The notes under the pieces were generated by a model. That model saw only the letters and a program-made list of their open reading frames with translations, did not search any database and was not told the DNA's origin. Positions 24,858 to 36,546 of a stretch of 64,000 bases of DNA are shown one piece after another; within the stretch, counting starts at the first letter, position 1, and each line of letters starts with the position of its first letter. The position numbers and the translations under genes are program-made. This DNA is from Octopus vulgaris. Taxonomy: Eukaryota. The stretch covers positions 5,208,001-5,272,000 of the forward strand of contig OX597843.1 in the NCBI GenBank assembly GCA_951406725.2, in the 5' to 3' direction.

Positions 24858-25992
24858 GACAATTCTAATGGAAAGATCTGTAAACTAAATCATATGACAA
24901 AGCTATTTCTGTTGAAATACATTGTCTTGGTTCCAATTCATTTTTAAACATAAAGAAATCCGGTAAAATCATTTTGTCATTAATTAATTAATCTGGCGTT
25001 TGAAATATTAATTAACATGAAATTTTGATAGGTTTTTAGATCATTTTAAAACAGGAAATTTGTATCATAGAACCAGTGGGGTTAGCCTCAGATGGATTGG
25101 TATGAAAAGGGTCAAAAGAAACTACCAACCAGTATGGTTAAACCAGACTCCTTCCCCTACCCCACATCTACTGAAAGTCTATATAAACAGTACCCAAGGA
25201 AGCTATCTGCTACCCATATTGTGTACACACAACCAATATGGTCCCTATATTACTTAAGGACCTTAACCTTTATTAAAATATACTGACTTGTTTCAGCCAT
25301 CTTGGGGCACCACCATCATCATCATCATCGTTTAACGTCCGTTTTCCATGCTAGCATGGGTTGGACGGTTCAACTGGGGTCTGGGAAGCCAGAAGGCTGC
25401 GCCAGGGCCAGTCTGATCTGGCAGTGTTTCTACAGCTGGATGCCCTTCCTAACGCCAACCACTCCGAGAGTGTAGTGGGTGTTTTTTACGTGCCACCGGC
25501 ACAGGTGCCAGGCGAGGCTGGCAAACGGCCACGATCGGATGGTGCTTCGTGTCGATCGTGGCCGTTTATGTTGAAGAATTAATTTTCAGTCAAATAAATC
25601 GACCCCCAGTACTTATTTTATTGAACTGGTAAGTTACAGGGACATAAATATTGGCTGTCAAGTGTTAGTGGGGGACAGGCAGATATATTATATATATATA
25701 TATATATATATACAAATTGAGATAGGGGTTGTGAGTGCAACCCACCATGGGATAACATATATCCAAAATACTGCTAGTGAAGTACCCAACAAAGTTAATA
25801 CATAAATGTTAAGGATTGCGATGCAATCAATTCATTTACTGTACTATATGGGCGAAGGTAAAATGTTTTACCACAAATTACTAATACAAGATAAGAAAAT
25901 GGAGAAATACATCAAAATCAAATATCAATTACCAGATAATACTCAATCACATACTTTATTAAACCACCACATAAGAGACTGTAGGGTTATCT

Positions 25993-26031
<39 letters not shown>

Positions 26032-26282
26032 GATAGGCTTCTTTCAGTTTCCACTTACCAAATCCATTCACAAGGCTTTGGTCAGCCTGAGGTTAGTCAT
26101 AGTAGAGCTATGTGGTTGGTTGGGAAGCAAGCTTCTTACCACACAGCCATGCCTAAGAATTTATCAAAATAAAACTTCGTCCATTGATTAAATCGTTTGG
26201 AACATAAATTACATGAAATTTTAATGGAAAAACATTTTAATTTGGAACTGGACAACATGTGGTTCAGCATCTGAGAGATGGA

Positions 26283-26668
26283 TGGAAGCACTCCGTCGGT
26301 TACGACGACGAGGGTTCCGGTTGATCCGAATCAACGGAACAGCCTGCTCGTGAAATTAACGTGTAAGTGGCTGAGCACTCCACAGACACGTGTACCCTTA
26401 ACGTAGTTCTCGGGGATATTCAGCGCGACACAGAGAGTGACAAGGCCGGCCCCTTGAAATACAGGTACAACAGAAACAGGAAGAAAGAGTGAGAGAAAGT
26501 TGTGGTGAAAGAGTACAGCAGGGATCACCACCATCCCCTGCCAGAGCCTTGTGGAGCTTTTAGGTGTTTTCGCTCAATAAACACTCACAACGCCCGGTCT
26601 GGGAATCGAAACCGCGATCCTATGACCGCGAGTCCGCTGCCCTAACCACTAGGCCATTGCGCCTCCAC
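26283..26668 (-). mobile_element. SINE family B, full length
   Basis: 11-bp TSD ATCTGAGAGAT at 26269 and 26669. Confidence 0.9.
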
Positions 26669-27014
26669 ATCTGAGAGATAAGACTACAAGAAAAAAAAGA
26701 AAAAAGATCCAATCTACCTTTTTTGAGTTTGAAAGTCTTGTGGGTCACAGGTTGCCAACGGCTGATGTAAAGTCCACCTCGTCAGCTCATATTGCTGAGG
26801 TAACGATAAGCTGTGATGAATTACTGTATACGGTAACATCCTTTATTATTATTGTATATATAACATAATGCAAACGTGTAGCTTCTTTGGGGTGCATTTT
26901 GTTTGCAGAAAATCATTGCTTTCAGGCTTAGCTTAAGGTATGTTCGCGCCCGACATCACAAAATGCGGTGTCATATGAAATTGTGACCCATAATTATGAC
27001 CCTAGTATCGATCT

Positions 27015-27400
27015 GTGGAGGCGCAATGGCCCAGTGGTTAGGGCAGCGGACTCGCGGTCATAGGATCGCGGTTTCGATTCCCAGACCGGGCGTTGTGAGT
27101 GTTTAATGGGCGAAAACACCTAAAAGCTCCACGAGGCTCCGGCAGGGGATGGTGGTGATCCCTGCTGTACTCTTTCACCACAACTTTCTCTCACTCTTAC
27201 TTCCTGTTTCTGTTGTACCTGTATTTCAAAGGGCCGGCCTTGTCACTCTCTGTGTCACGCTGAATATCCCCGAGAACTACGTTAAGGGTGCACGTGTCTG
27301 TGGAGTGCTCAGCCACTTACACGTTAATTTCTCGAGCAGGCTGTTCCGTTGATTCGGATCAACCGGAACCCTCGCCGTCGTAACCGACGGAGTGCTTCCA
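27015..27400 (+). mobile_element. SINE family B, full length, head-to-head with the 26283 copy
   Basis: Near-exact reverse complement of 26283-26668. Confidence 0.9.
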
Positions 27401-27419
27401 CATATTACGTATATATGAG

Positions 27420-28515
27420 GTGAAACCGTTAAAATACATCAAAACGCTAAAATAGTTTCACTATCAGCGAATTTTCTTGAGTCTTTGGTACAGCAGAAGG
27501 GAGGTAACTGGATGGTCTCTTGAAATCCTGGGTCACGTTTCTATAGAATTTCAATGGGAATAATTCAAAAAAAGGCTGTAACCGTAGTATTCCTCACATG
27601 GAACTCGTTAAATACAGCATACAAATATTCCTCAATTTAGCAAAGTAGGCTCCAAACATTGAGTCTGGCTATCATTCCCGGCATCCGTGCCAAACGAGTG
27701 AGATCGTTGCCAGAGCAACAAGCTGGCCTCCGTGCCAATGGAACGTTAAAAACACCATTCGAGCATGATCGTTACCTGCGTCGTCTTACTAGCACTTGAG
27801 CTGGTCGTTGCCAGTGCCTTTGGACTGGCTCCTGCGCAGGTGGCACATAAAAAGCACCATTTGAGCGTGGCCCCCGTGCAGGTGGCACATAAAAAGCACC
27901 ATTTGAGCGTGGCCGTTGCCAGTACAACCGGACTGGCCCCCGTGCAGGTGACACGTAAAAGCACCCACTACACTCTCGGAGTGGTTGGCATTAGGAAGGG
28001 CATCCAGCTGTAGAAACTCTGCCAGATCAGATTGGAGCCTGGTACAGCCATCTGGTTCACCAGTCCTCAGTCAAATCGTCCAACCCATGCTAGCATGGAA
28101 AACGGACGTTAAACAATGATGATGATGATGATGCTATAGACATTATTCTCAATGTTATGATGATTTTCCGAGAAAAGGGATTGGGTTTTCTCCAAATCTT
28201 GTATATTGTTGGGAAGTATAGCTTTAGACCTGAAGGAAAATGGTAAAATGGACGAGTTACCATCTCGGCAACAATTTGTGGAGAAAATCATGTCACTGTA
28301 TAAATTGACCGTACGGAAATATAAGCAAGAAGAAATTAGAATTGGGACGAGAGCTCGGCTAGTAGCTGCAAAAGACTTTTGCCCATTTTACGAAAATACT
28401 GAACTTCCTAAGATTGGTTCAGACTGGTTGCTTGGCAAGAAAAAAATGCAAGAATTTGAGGAACCATTAAAAGTAATGACTTATTTAATATATTCAATGA
28501 GAATAATTCTCATAG
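27420..28515 (+). pseudogene. ASPM: Decayed fragment of the ASPM/Asp C-terminal domain (probable retrocopy), split by a SINE at ~27685-28132
   Basis: 27577-27648 = CNRSIPHMELVKYSIQIFLNLAK*. After the SINE: AIDIILNVMMIFREK (frameshift) VFSKSCILL..SRQQFVEKIMSLYKLTVRKYK..KIGSDWLLGKKKMQEFEEPL. Recalled vertebrate ASPM reads [79 protein letters not shown]. Confidence 0.8.
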
Positions 28516-28556
28516 AATGGGAATTATTCCATTCAAAATAATATTTTAAATGAGTA

Positions 28557-29272
28557 CCGTAAATCCTCGAGTATAATCCGCATTTCCCTCCCAAAATTTA
28601 AAGGTCAAAATCCCTAGTGCGTACTATATACAAGGTTTCCATCTACCAAGTCCACTCATAAGGCTTTGGTCGGCCCGAGGCTATAGTAGAAGACACTTGC
28701 CCAAGGTGCCACGCAGTGGGACTGAACCCAGAACCATGTGGTTCGTAAGCAAGCTACTTACCACACAGCCACTCTTACGCCTATAACTTTAAAGGTCAAA
28801 ATCCCTCGTGCGTATTATATACGAGGTTAAAAATGAAAATCATTTTCTAAGCAATGTCCGAGTCTCTATTTGCTGTCCGGCAATGTTTATTCAGACGCAT
28901 TTTGTGATGTCAGGCACGAAAATACCTTAAGCTAAGCCTGAAAGCAATGAAGTCATAAAAGAATCATCCATAACTTGCAGTATCGTGTATGCATGGAACG
29001 AACTTGATCCCCGGATTATTGTGAAAAGTTTTTATCAAATGTTGAATGTCGTCTGCAGTGGATGGTACACAGGATGACGTTGTATGGAAAGATGAAAGTT
29101 CGAATAGGCGCAGGAGTGGCTGCGTGGTAAGTAGCTTGCTAACCAACCACATGGTTCCGGGTTCAGTCCCACTGCGTGGCACCTTGGGCAAGTGTCTTCT
29201 ACTATAGCCTCGGGCCGACCAAAGTCCTCGGTGAGTGGATTTGTAGACGGAAACTGAAAGAAGCCTGTCGTA

Positions 29273-29313
<41 letters not shown>

Positions 29314-29836
29314 GCTTGTGTGTGTGTGTTTGTCCCCCTAGCATTGCTTTACAACCGATGCTGGTGTGTTTATGTCCCCGTCACCTAGCGGTTCGGCAAA
29401 AAGAGACCGATAGAATAAGTACTGGGCTTACAAAGAATAAATTTTGCTCGACTAAAGGCGGTGCTCCAGCATGGCCCGCAGTCAAATGACTGAAACAAGT
29501 AAAGGTAAAGTAAAAAAGTAAGTAAATGAAAGGGAATCTTCTGATTTTCGTCTATGAATCTGACGATGACGGAGATTTACACAACAATGATGCTGACATG
29601 TTTACGGGGGAACAAATGGAACAGTTATTTGATGCTGAAAGAGACGTTGAATTTGAAGGATTTGAATAAATGCCTTTGCTTTTGTAAATAGTGATAAATA
29701 TGTAAAGGCAATTTACTTAATGTTTATATTTCACTGACATTATTACTGTTATTTCTTGATTTTCTGCAAACAAAATGTACAAAAAAGCTACACGTTTGCA
29801 TCATGTTATATATACAATAATAATAAAGGACGTTAC
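28557..29836 (+). mobile_element. Internally deleted pogo/Tc2-type DNA transposon with two nested family A SINEs (28634-28782, 29107-29510)
   Basis: TA-CCGTAAATCCTCGAGTATAA terminus. Transposase C-terminal remnant IIVKSF..SSAVDGTQDDVVW and acidic tail ..DVEFEGFE* (TAA ~29669). Confidence 0.7.
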
Positions 29837-30199
29837 CTCATTAGGAGAGTGGCTGGAACTCATTAAATTCAGGTTTGGTCAATCAAAATGGTTTTAATTT
29901 GATTCGATTTGCATAATTAGTAAGCAAGGGAAATAACTCTTTCAATTCGTCAGAGATTCTTTTGCTTGTTTCGGTCATTTGACTGCGGCCATGCTGGAGC
30001 ACTGCCATTTAGTAGAACAAATCGACCCCGGGACTTATTCTTTGTAAGCCTAGTACTTATTCTATCGGTCTCTTTTGCCGAACCGCTCGGTTACGGGGAC
30101 GTAAACATACCAGCATCGGTTGTCAAGCGGTGGTGGAGGAACAGAGACAAATAAATACACTAAGAGTGAGATAATTATCAATGATATTGTGTGGTGTCA

Positions 30200-31543
30200 T
30201 CTACTATAATAATAATACTCTTGTGTTTTCCTCCGTCACAACACATGAATAAGGGATCTTTACCTTTCGACCGACAGATTTAGAAAATAATTTTTGTGTA
30301 ACTAAACACTTTCAAACTTTGTATTACTGGTAGACTGTGTCACATAAAACATCTTTTACTCTTGGCATTGTTGAGAAAATTCTGTATTTTGGAAGTTATC
30401 TTTTGTTAAAGTTGTCGAATTTCGGTAATTTCAACCAATCAATGGCGTGTATTCAGCTGAATAAAATTACTGCCGTTGTTTGCCAACAACTTCCGGCTGT
30501 GTATATATTTCGTTTGTCACTTATTTATGACATATTTCATCTCAGATTGTATAAATAAACGAGTATATCTGAAGTAGGTTTACTTCATGGCACCACCATG
30601 AAAAAATTCAAATCAGACCATGTTAACACCAAAAATTATTTACATCAAAAAGGTGCTTTTTTTTCTATGAAAATCCCTATTTTTTACGATTTTTTGACTG
30701 CTGTGTTGTCATTTTTCAGTGTATTTCAACCAGAAAAATGTTCACTTAAAGAGAATAACAAGCTACATAATGCAAAATTTTTACTTTTCAAAAATTCCAA
30801 TTCTAAAGGGTCGAAACAAGCCCGAGCAACGCCGGGCAGTGGCAGGTTTGGTAGCCTTCAACTAACACTATCTCCTCCGAGACCCTGTGGCGCAAGTTGA
30901 CCAAAATTGAGAGTTTGATAGAAGAAGGCTTGCTCTTCATTCCGTAGAAGAAAAAATTCAAATCAGACCATGTTAACACCAAAAATTATTTACATCAAAA
31001 AGGTGCTTTTTTTCTATGAAAATCCCTATTTTTTAACGACTTTTTGACTGCTGTGTTGCTATTTTTTGGTGTATTTCAACCAGAAAAATGTTCACTTAAA
31101 GAGAATAACAAGCTACATAATGCAAAATTTTTACTTTTCAAAAATTCCAATTCTAAAAGGTTGAAAATAATTTTTTTGTGATGTCATTGGTTTTGAGCGA
31201 ACGATGGATTTTCCTATACTTTTTCTGAATGAATTCTGTTGCAGTGTTTAACTTCTTAATAGATTTTCAGTGCAGTTCGAAACTTGGGCTTCCTTTTGCA
31301 TTAAATCTACGGCTAATTTTCTTTCTCCACAATGTTAATAGAAGGAATATTAACTAACAATATCAACAATTGAAGTCGGCATTACACATTTGCAGCACAT
31401 TCAGAGCAAACTCGAGCATCGCCACACTATACTTTTATTCATAGATTGAAACTATGTCAAAACTTTGTTAACGCGACATCAAAGTCTGCCGTTTTAAGCG
31501 CAACTAAAAAACAAACCCGAGCAACGCTGGTCTATACTGCTAG
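30200..31543 (+). mobile_element. Non-autonomous Helitron-like element
   Basis: 5' A|TCTACTATAATAA; 3' hairpin CCCGAGCAACGCTGG followed by CTAG|T; internal ~215-bp duplication (30601-30815 and 30952-31165). Confidence 0.6.
30253..30560 (+). mobile_element. Unclassified MITE-like repeat nested in the Helitron
   Basis: Begins GGATCTTTACCTTT; an inverted copy lies at ~37500-37800 in an aldolase intron. Confidence 0.55.
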
Positions 31544-31783
31544 TTTATATATAAAATACAATTAGGCATAATTTTTTATGGCATCATCATCGTTTAACGT
31601 CCGCTTTCCATGCTAGCATGGGTTGGAGGTATGACTGAGGGATGGCGAACCAGAAGGCTGCACCAGGCTCCAATCTTGATTTGGCAGAGTTTCTACAGCT
31701 GGATGCCCTTGCTAATGCCAACCACTCCGAGAGTGTAATGGGTGCTTTTTACGTGCCAGTCAGGCGGCACTGGCAATGATTTA

Positions 31784-31883
31784 NNNNNNNNNNNNNNNNN
31801 NNNNNNNNNNNNNNNNNNNNNNNNNNNNNNNNNNNNNNNNNNNNNNNNNNNNNNNNNNNNNNNNNNNNNNNNNNNNNNNNNNN
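31784..31883. other. Scaffold gap (100 N)
   Basis: Seen directly. The true size and left/right adjacency are unverified. Confidence 1.
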
Positions 31884-31909
31884 TATATAATAATACAAGT
31901 GTATGCACG

Positions 31910-31941
<32 letters not shown>

Positions 31942-32589
31942 GTGTATATATTATATATAGTGTGTATATATAGCCCTTATTAAGTGATTGGAGGGGCACT
32001 AACACCAGAGTGTTGAAGTTGCAATTAAGACCATCTTTCTTGACAAATGCAGTATGTGTGTGTGTGTGTGTGTCTGTGTTTAAATCATCCCTTCTAATAT
32101 TAACTATTACTAAAACTACTATTAAAATTATAATAATAATAGTAATAATAAAACTATGTATCCATGGCAACGCTAACGGCGCATTGAAGTGTGCAGAAAT
32201 GCAGGGTCGTTCGTTGTGCACCGTTAACACCGATGGAATAACACCGGAAGGGAAAAAGAAAAATTAAAAAAAAAAAAAGGAATTTCTCAAAGGTTGTCCC
32301 CTTCCCTCCCCTTAATAAAGAAAGGGGGTTGAATTGTCTGGAAAATGTTAATAACCCTGCTTGCTACGAAATTTAAATGAAATCCCAGCAGAATAATTAA
32401 ATTAAATTTAATTGGAAGAACCCTTACAATAAAAAGAAACCCACTAATGAACTATAATTGCATCCGTTGTAGAGACCCTCCCACAAAATGATAGTTAAAT
32501 ATTGGATTGTAATAATAGTAATAATAATTAATAATAATACTTAGAGACAAACTGTTGGGGCAGCTTGTGTGTGTGTTTATGTGGGGTTT

Positions 32590-32681
32590 CTAATAAGCAT
32601 GATCTTTGACGTAGAGAGAATCCTGGCCGGCAGCCCCGGGACCGCTTCTGCATATTTACCGACGGCTGCTTCACTATTGGC
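32590..32681 (-). CDS. ALDO: Fructose-bisphosphate aldolase class I, last coding exon (1-nt deletion as written)
   Basis: TTTCCAG|ANSEAAVGKYA, then in the shifted frame SGPGAAGQDSLYVKDHAY*. The exon is 92 nt to the TAG; 93 are needed. Confidence 0.85.
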
Positions 32682-32687
32682 CTGGAA

Positions 32688-33680
32688 AGAGAGGGAGAGA
32701 GAGAGAATTAGAATATAGGGGGGAGAGCGAATTAGAATGGTGGAGGGAGGGAGAATTAGAATGACGGAGGGAAGAGAGAGAGAATTAGAACGAGGGGGGA
32801 GAGAGAATTAGAACGAGGGGGGAGAGAGAATTAGAATGAGGGGGAGAGAGAGAATCAGAATGAGGGGGGAGAGAGAGAATCAGAATGAGGGGGGAGAGAG
32901 AGAATCAGAATGAGGGGGGAGAGAGAGAATCAGAATGAGGGGGGAGAGAGAGAATTAGAATGAGGGGGGGAGAGAGAATTAGAATGACGGAGGGAGGGAG
33001 AATTAGAACGAGGGGGGCGAGCGATCAGGAATAGGGGACGGGAGAGTGAATGGGAGAGCGAACGAGAAGAGGAGGGGTCGGGAGAGCGAACGGGAAGAGG
33101 AGGGTCGGGAGAGCGAACGGGAAGAGGAGGGTCGGGAGAGCGAACGGGAAGAGGAGGGTCGGGAGAGCGAACGGGAAGAGGAGGGTCGGGAGAGCGAACG
33201 CGAAGAGGAGGGGACGGGAGAGCGAACGCGAAGAGGAGGGGACGGGAGAGCGAACGGGAAGAGGGGGGTCGGGAGAGCGAACGGGAAGAGGAGGGGACGG
33301 GAGAGCGAACGGGAAGAGGAGGGGACGGGAGAGCGAACGGGAAGAGGAGGGTCGGGAGAGCGAACGGGAAGAGGAGGGGACGGGAGAGCGAACGGGAAGA
33401 GGAGGGGACGGGAGAGCGAACGGGAAGAGGAGGGGACGGGAGAGCGAACGGGAAGAGGAGGGGACGGGAGAGCGAACGGGAAGCGGAGGGGATCGGGAGA
33501 GCGAACGGGAAGAGGAGGGGACGGGAGAGTGAACGGGAAGCGGAGGGTCGGGAGAGCGAACGGGAAGCGGAGGGTCGGGAGAGCGAACGGGAAGAGGAGG
33601 GGACGGGAGAGCGAACGGGAAGCGGAGGGTCGGGAGAGCGAACGGGAAGCGGAGGGGATCGGGAGAGCGGACGGGAGAGA
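32688..33680. repeat. Two adjacent purine-rich minisatellites (~27-bp GAGAGAGAATTAGAATGAGGGGG and 27/28-bp GGGAGAGCGAACGGGAAGAGGAGGGGAC units)
   Basis: Seen directly; they fill almost the whole last aldolase intron. Confidence 0.95.
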
Positions 33681-33733
33681 ATGGAGGTGGGGTGGGGGAT
33701 AGAAAAGGTGGCAGGGGGTCCATTTTAACTCAC

Positions 33734-33933
33734 CTTGGCTCTTACAAGCAGCTCCTTCTGGGCGGCTTCAACATTCTCATCCTTGCCTTGCCAAGCCTTC
33801 AATACGCTGGCTTGGAGGGCGCGGCCGTATGAGAAGGTCAGGGCCCATGGTTTGAGTAAGGCGCATGTGTTGATGGCGTTGAGGTTGATTGTTGCATCTT
33901 CTTCTGACTGACCGCCTGACAGGAAGGTCACAC
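33734..33933 (-). CDS. ALDO: Aldolase coding exon 6
   Basis: TTGTAG|(G)[61 protein letters not shown]|GTGAGT; 200 nt. Confidence 0.96.
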
Positions 33934-35460
33934 CTACAACAACAACAAAAACAACAGTAAATATAAGGGACAAACGGACGGATAGATAACAAAGGGGATC
34001 GGCACCAATCCTGGGGTTCCGGGTTCAATTTTGTTACACAGTTCGATGAAGTCAGTAGGTGGGGTTTGGTAGACAGAGACCTGTAACAGGCCTGGTGTTC
34101 AGGTCTCATCATGACATTCCAATCGTGACCATCTTCAGTAGGGTGGGATTTGACTGCTACTTCTAGCAGGCAGGAGCGACCGTGTAGAGACTCCTTTGTG
34201 TACGCCCACGAGCGAGCGTGCAAGGGTGTGTACTGCAGTCCCCTGACCCCACAAATTAAAACTGAGTTCAAAAATAAAAAAAATAAAGTTGAAGTGTGGC
34301 TGTGTGGTAAGTAGCTTATTTCCCAACCCCATGGTTCTGGGTTCAGTCCCACTGCGAGGCACCTTGGGCAAGTGTCTTTCGCTATAGCCTCAGGCTGACT
34401 GAAGCCTTGTGAGTGGATTTGGTAGACGGAAACTGAAAGAAGCCTGTCGTATATATATATATATATATGTGTGTGTGTATTTGCGTGTCTGTAATTTGAC
34501 CCCGTCCATTGCCTGACCACGGATGTTGGTGTGTCTACGTCACCGTAACAGTTTGGCAACAGAATAAGTACTAAGCTTACAAAGAATAAGTCCTGGGGTC
34601 GATTTGTTCGACTAAAGACGGTGCTCCAGCATGACCATAGTCAAATGAGTGAAACAAGTAAAAAAAATAAAGAATAGAAGTCATTTGTTTTGGATTCACT
34701 GGTGCCAACCGTAGGAGTTTTAGAAGCAGTGCTCCAGCATGGTAACAGGCCAATAATATTTACAGGCAAGGCGGCGAGCTGGCAGAAACGTTAGCACGCC
34801 GGGCGAAATGCGTAGCCGTATTTCGTCTGTCGTTAAGTTCTGAGTTCAAATTCCGCCGAGGTCGACTTTACCTTTTAATCCTTTCGGGGTCGATAAATTA
34901 AGTACCAGTTACGCACTGGGGTCGATGTAATCGACTTAATACCTATGTCTGTCCTTGTTTGTCCCCTCTATGTTTAGCCCCTTGTGGGTAGTAAAGAAAT
35001 AGGTATTTCGTCTGCCGTTATGTTCTGGGTTCAAATTCTGCCGAGGTCGACTTTACCTTTCATCCTTTCGGGGTCGATAAATTAAGTACCAGTTACGCAC
35101 TGGGGTCGATGTAATCGACTTAATACCTATGTCTGTCCTTGTTTGTCCCCTCTATGTTTAGCCCCTTGTGGGTAATAAAGAAACAATGTAATCGACTTAA
35201 TACCTATGTCTGTCCTTGTTTGTCCCCTCTATGTTTAGCCCCTTGTGGGTAATAAAGAAACAAATATTTACAGGAGGCAGTGCTCCAGCATGGCCATGAG
35301 CCAATGACAAAACCATTCATAAAGGTAGGGGTATGGCAGAGCACCCCCTTCCCCCATAGCTGTGGTCTTCAAGAGAAATGGGTTACTTAATAGAAACGGG
35401 TTATTTGATAGAAACGATGTTCCAGCTGTGACCATCCTGTCTTTTATTCAGCATAGTGTA

Positions 35461-35637
35461 GGACAGTTCTCCTCAGGGCTGTGACTGTAGCTGTAGCATT
35501 CTGCTCAGTCCTGATCAAGACAGATTTCTATGGGGCAAAGCTGTTCCAGCTGTGACCATCCTGTCTTTTATTCAACATAGTGTACCTTCGAGAAAGATGT
35601 GGTGGTCAGCAAGGGCCTTGTAAGTAAAAGCCAGCAC
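35461..35637 (-). CDS. ALDO: Aldolase coding exon 5 (catalytic Lys exon), corrupted as written; 3' boundary uncertain
   Basis: TTCCAG|VLAFTYKALADHHIFLEGTL, then MVTAG, then EQNATATVTALRRTV remain. The expected LKPN, the middle linker, PAAVPG and the donor are replaced by repeat-unit sequence with stops and frameshifts. Confidence 0.75.
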
Positions 35638-35689
35638 CTGGAACACACAAAATTAACGTTGGTTTAACTAGATTCAAATACAGACACAG

Positions 35690-36348
35690 CACAGTCTATC
35701 TAGGGCTACATTATCAAATGTCTTCTTCTCTGGTTGTTATAATTTAGTCCTGGGTCAGTCCTGATCCAGACAGACCTATGATTAAAGATGTTCCAGCTGT
35801 GACCATCCTGTCTTTTATTCAAGCATAGTGTATCTAGGACTACATTATCTAATGTGTCCTTCCTTGTTGCTGTTGTTTAGCCCCAGGTCAGTCCTGATCA
35901 AGACAGACCTATGATCAAAGACGTTCCAGCTGCAACCATCCTGTCTTTTATTCAGGCATAGTGTATCTAGGACTACATTATCTAATATGTCCTTCTTGTT
36001 GTTTAGCCCCAGGTCAGTCCTGATCGAGCAGACCTATGATCAAAGATGTTCCAGCTGCAACCATCCTGTCTTTTATTCAGACATAGTGTATCTAGGACTA
36101 CATTATCTAATGTGTCCTTCCTTGTTGTTGTTGCTTGGCTCCAGGTCAGTCCTGATCCAGACAGACCTATGATCAAAGACGTTCCAGCTGTGACCATCCT
36201 GTCTTTTATTCAGGCATAGTGTATCTAGGACTACATTATCTAATGTGTCCTTCCTTGTTGCTGTTGCTTAGCCCCAGGTCAGTCCTGATCCAGACAGACC
36301 TATGATCAAAGATGCTCCAGCTGTGACCATCACATCTTTTATTCAGTC
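35690..36348. repeat. ~126-132-bp tandem repeat, ~5 copies, same family as 15808-17207
   Basis: Shared GTTCCAGCTGTGACCATCCTGTCTTTTATTCAGGCATAGTGTATCTAGGACTAC unit. Confidence 0.92.
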
Positions 36349-36462
36349 AAATGACTGAAACAAGTGAAAGAGTTCTAACAGACAACGGGAACACCTGTCC
36401 CCCACCACGTACACACACACAGACACACACACAAATTAAAAAGCGTTGTCAAATTCACTCAC

Positions 36463-36546
36463 CACTTCTGTAACTTTCTGTGAAGTTTCCAAGTCGTGTT
36501 CTCCATCAGGCAAGACTTCTGGTTCAACAATTGGCACCAGACCATT
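36463..36546 (-). CDS. ALDO: Aldolase coding exon 4
   Basis: TTCTAG|[28 protein letters not shown]|GTGAGT; 84 nt; absent from the ORF track. Confidence 0.96.

Noticed and set aside
27015-27090. tRNA-Arg-like gene (and other tRNA-like heads)
   Set aside because: It continues into a SINE body, is multi-copy with TSDs, and lacks a proper acceptor stem and terminator.
33025-33723. 218-232 aa Arg/Glu- or Pro-rich ORFs
   Set aside because: Minisatellite translation inside an aldolase intron.
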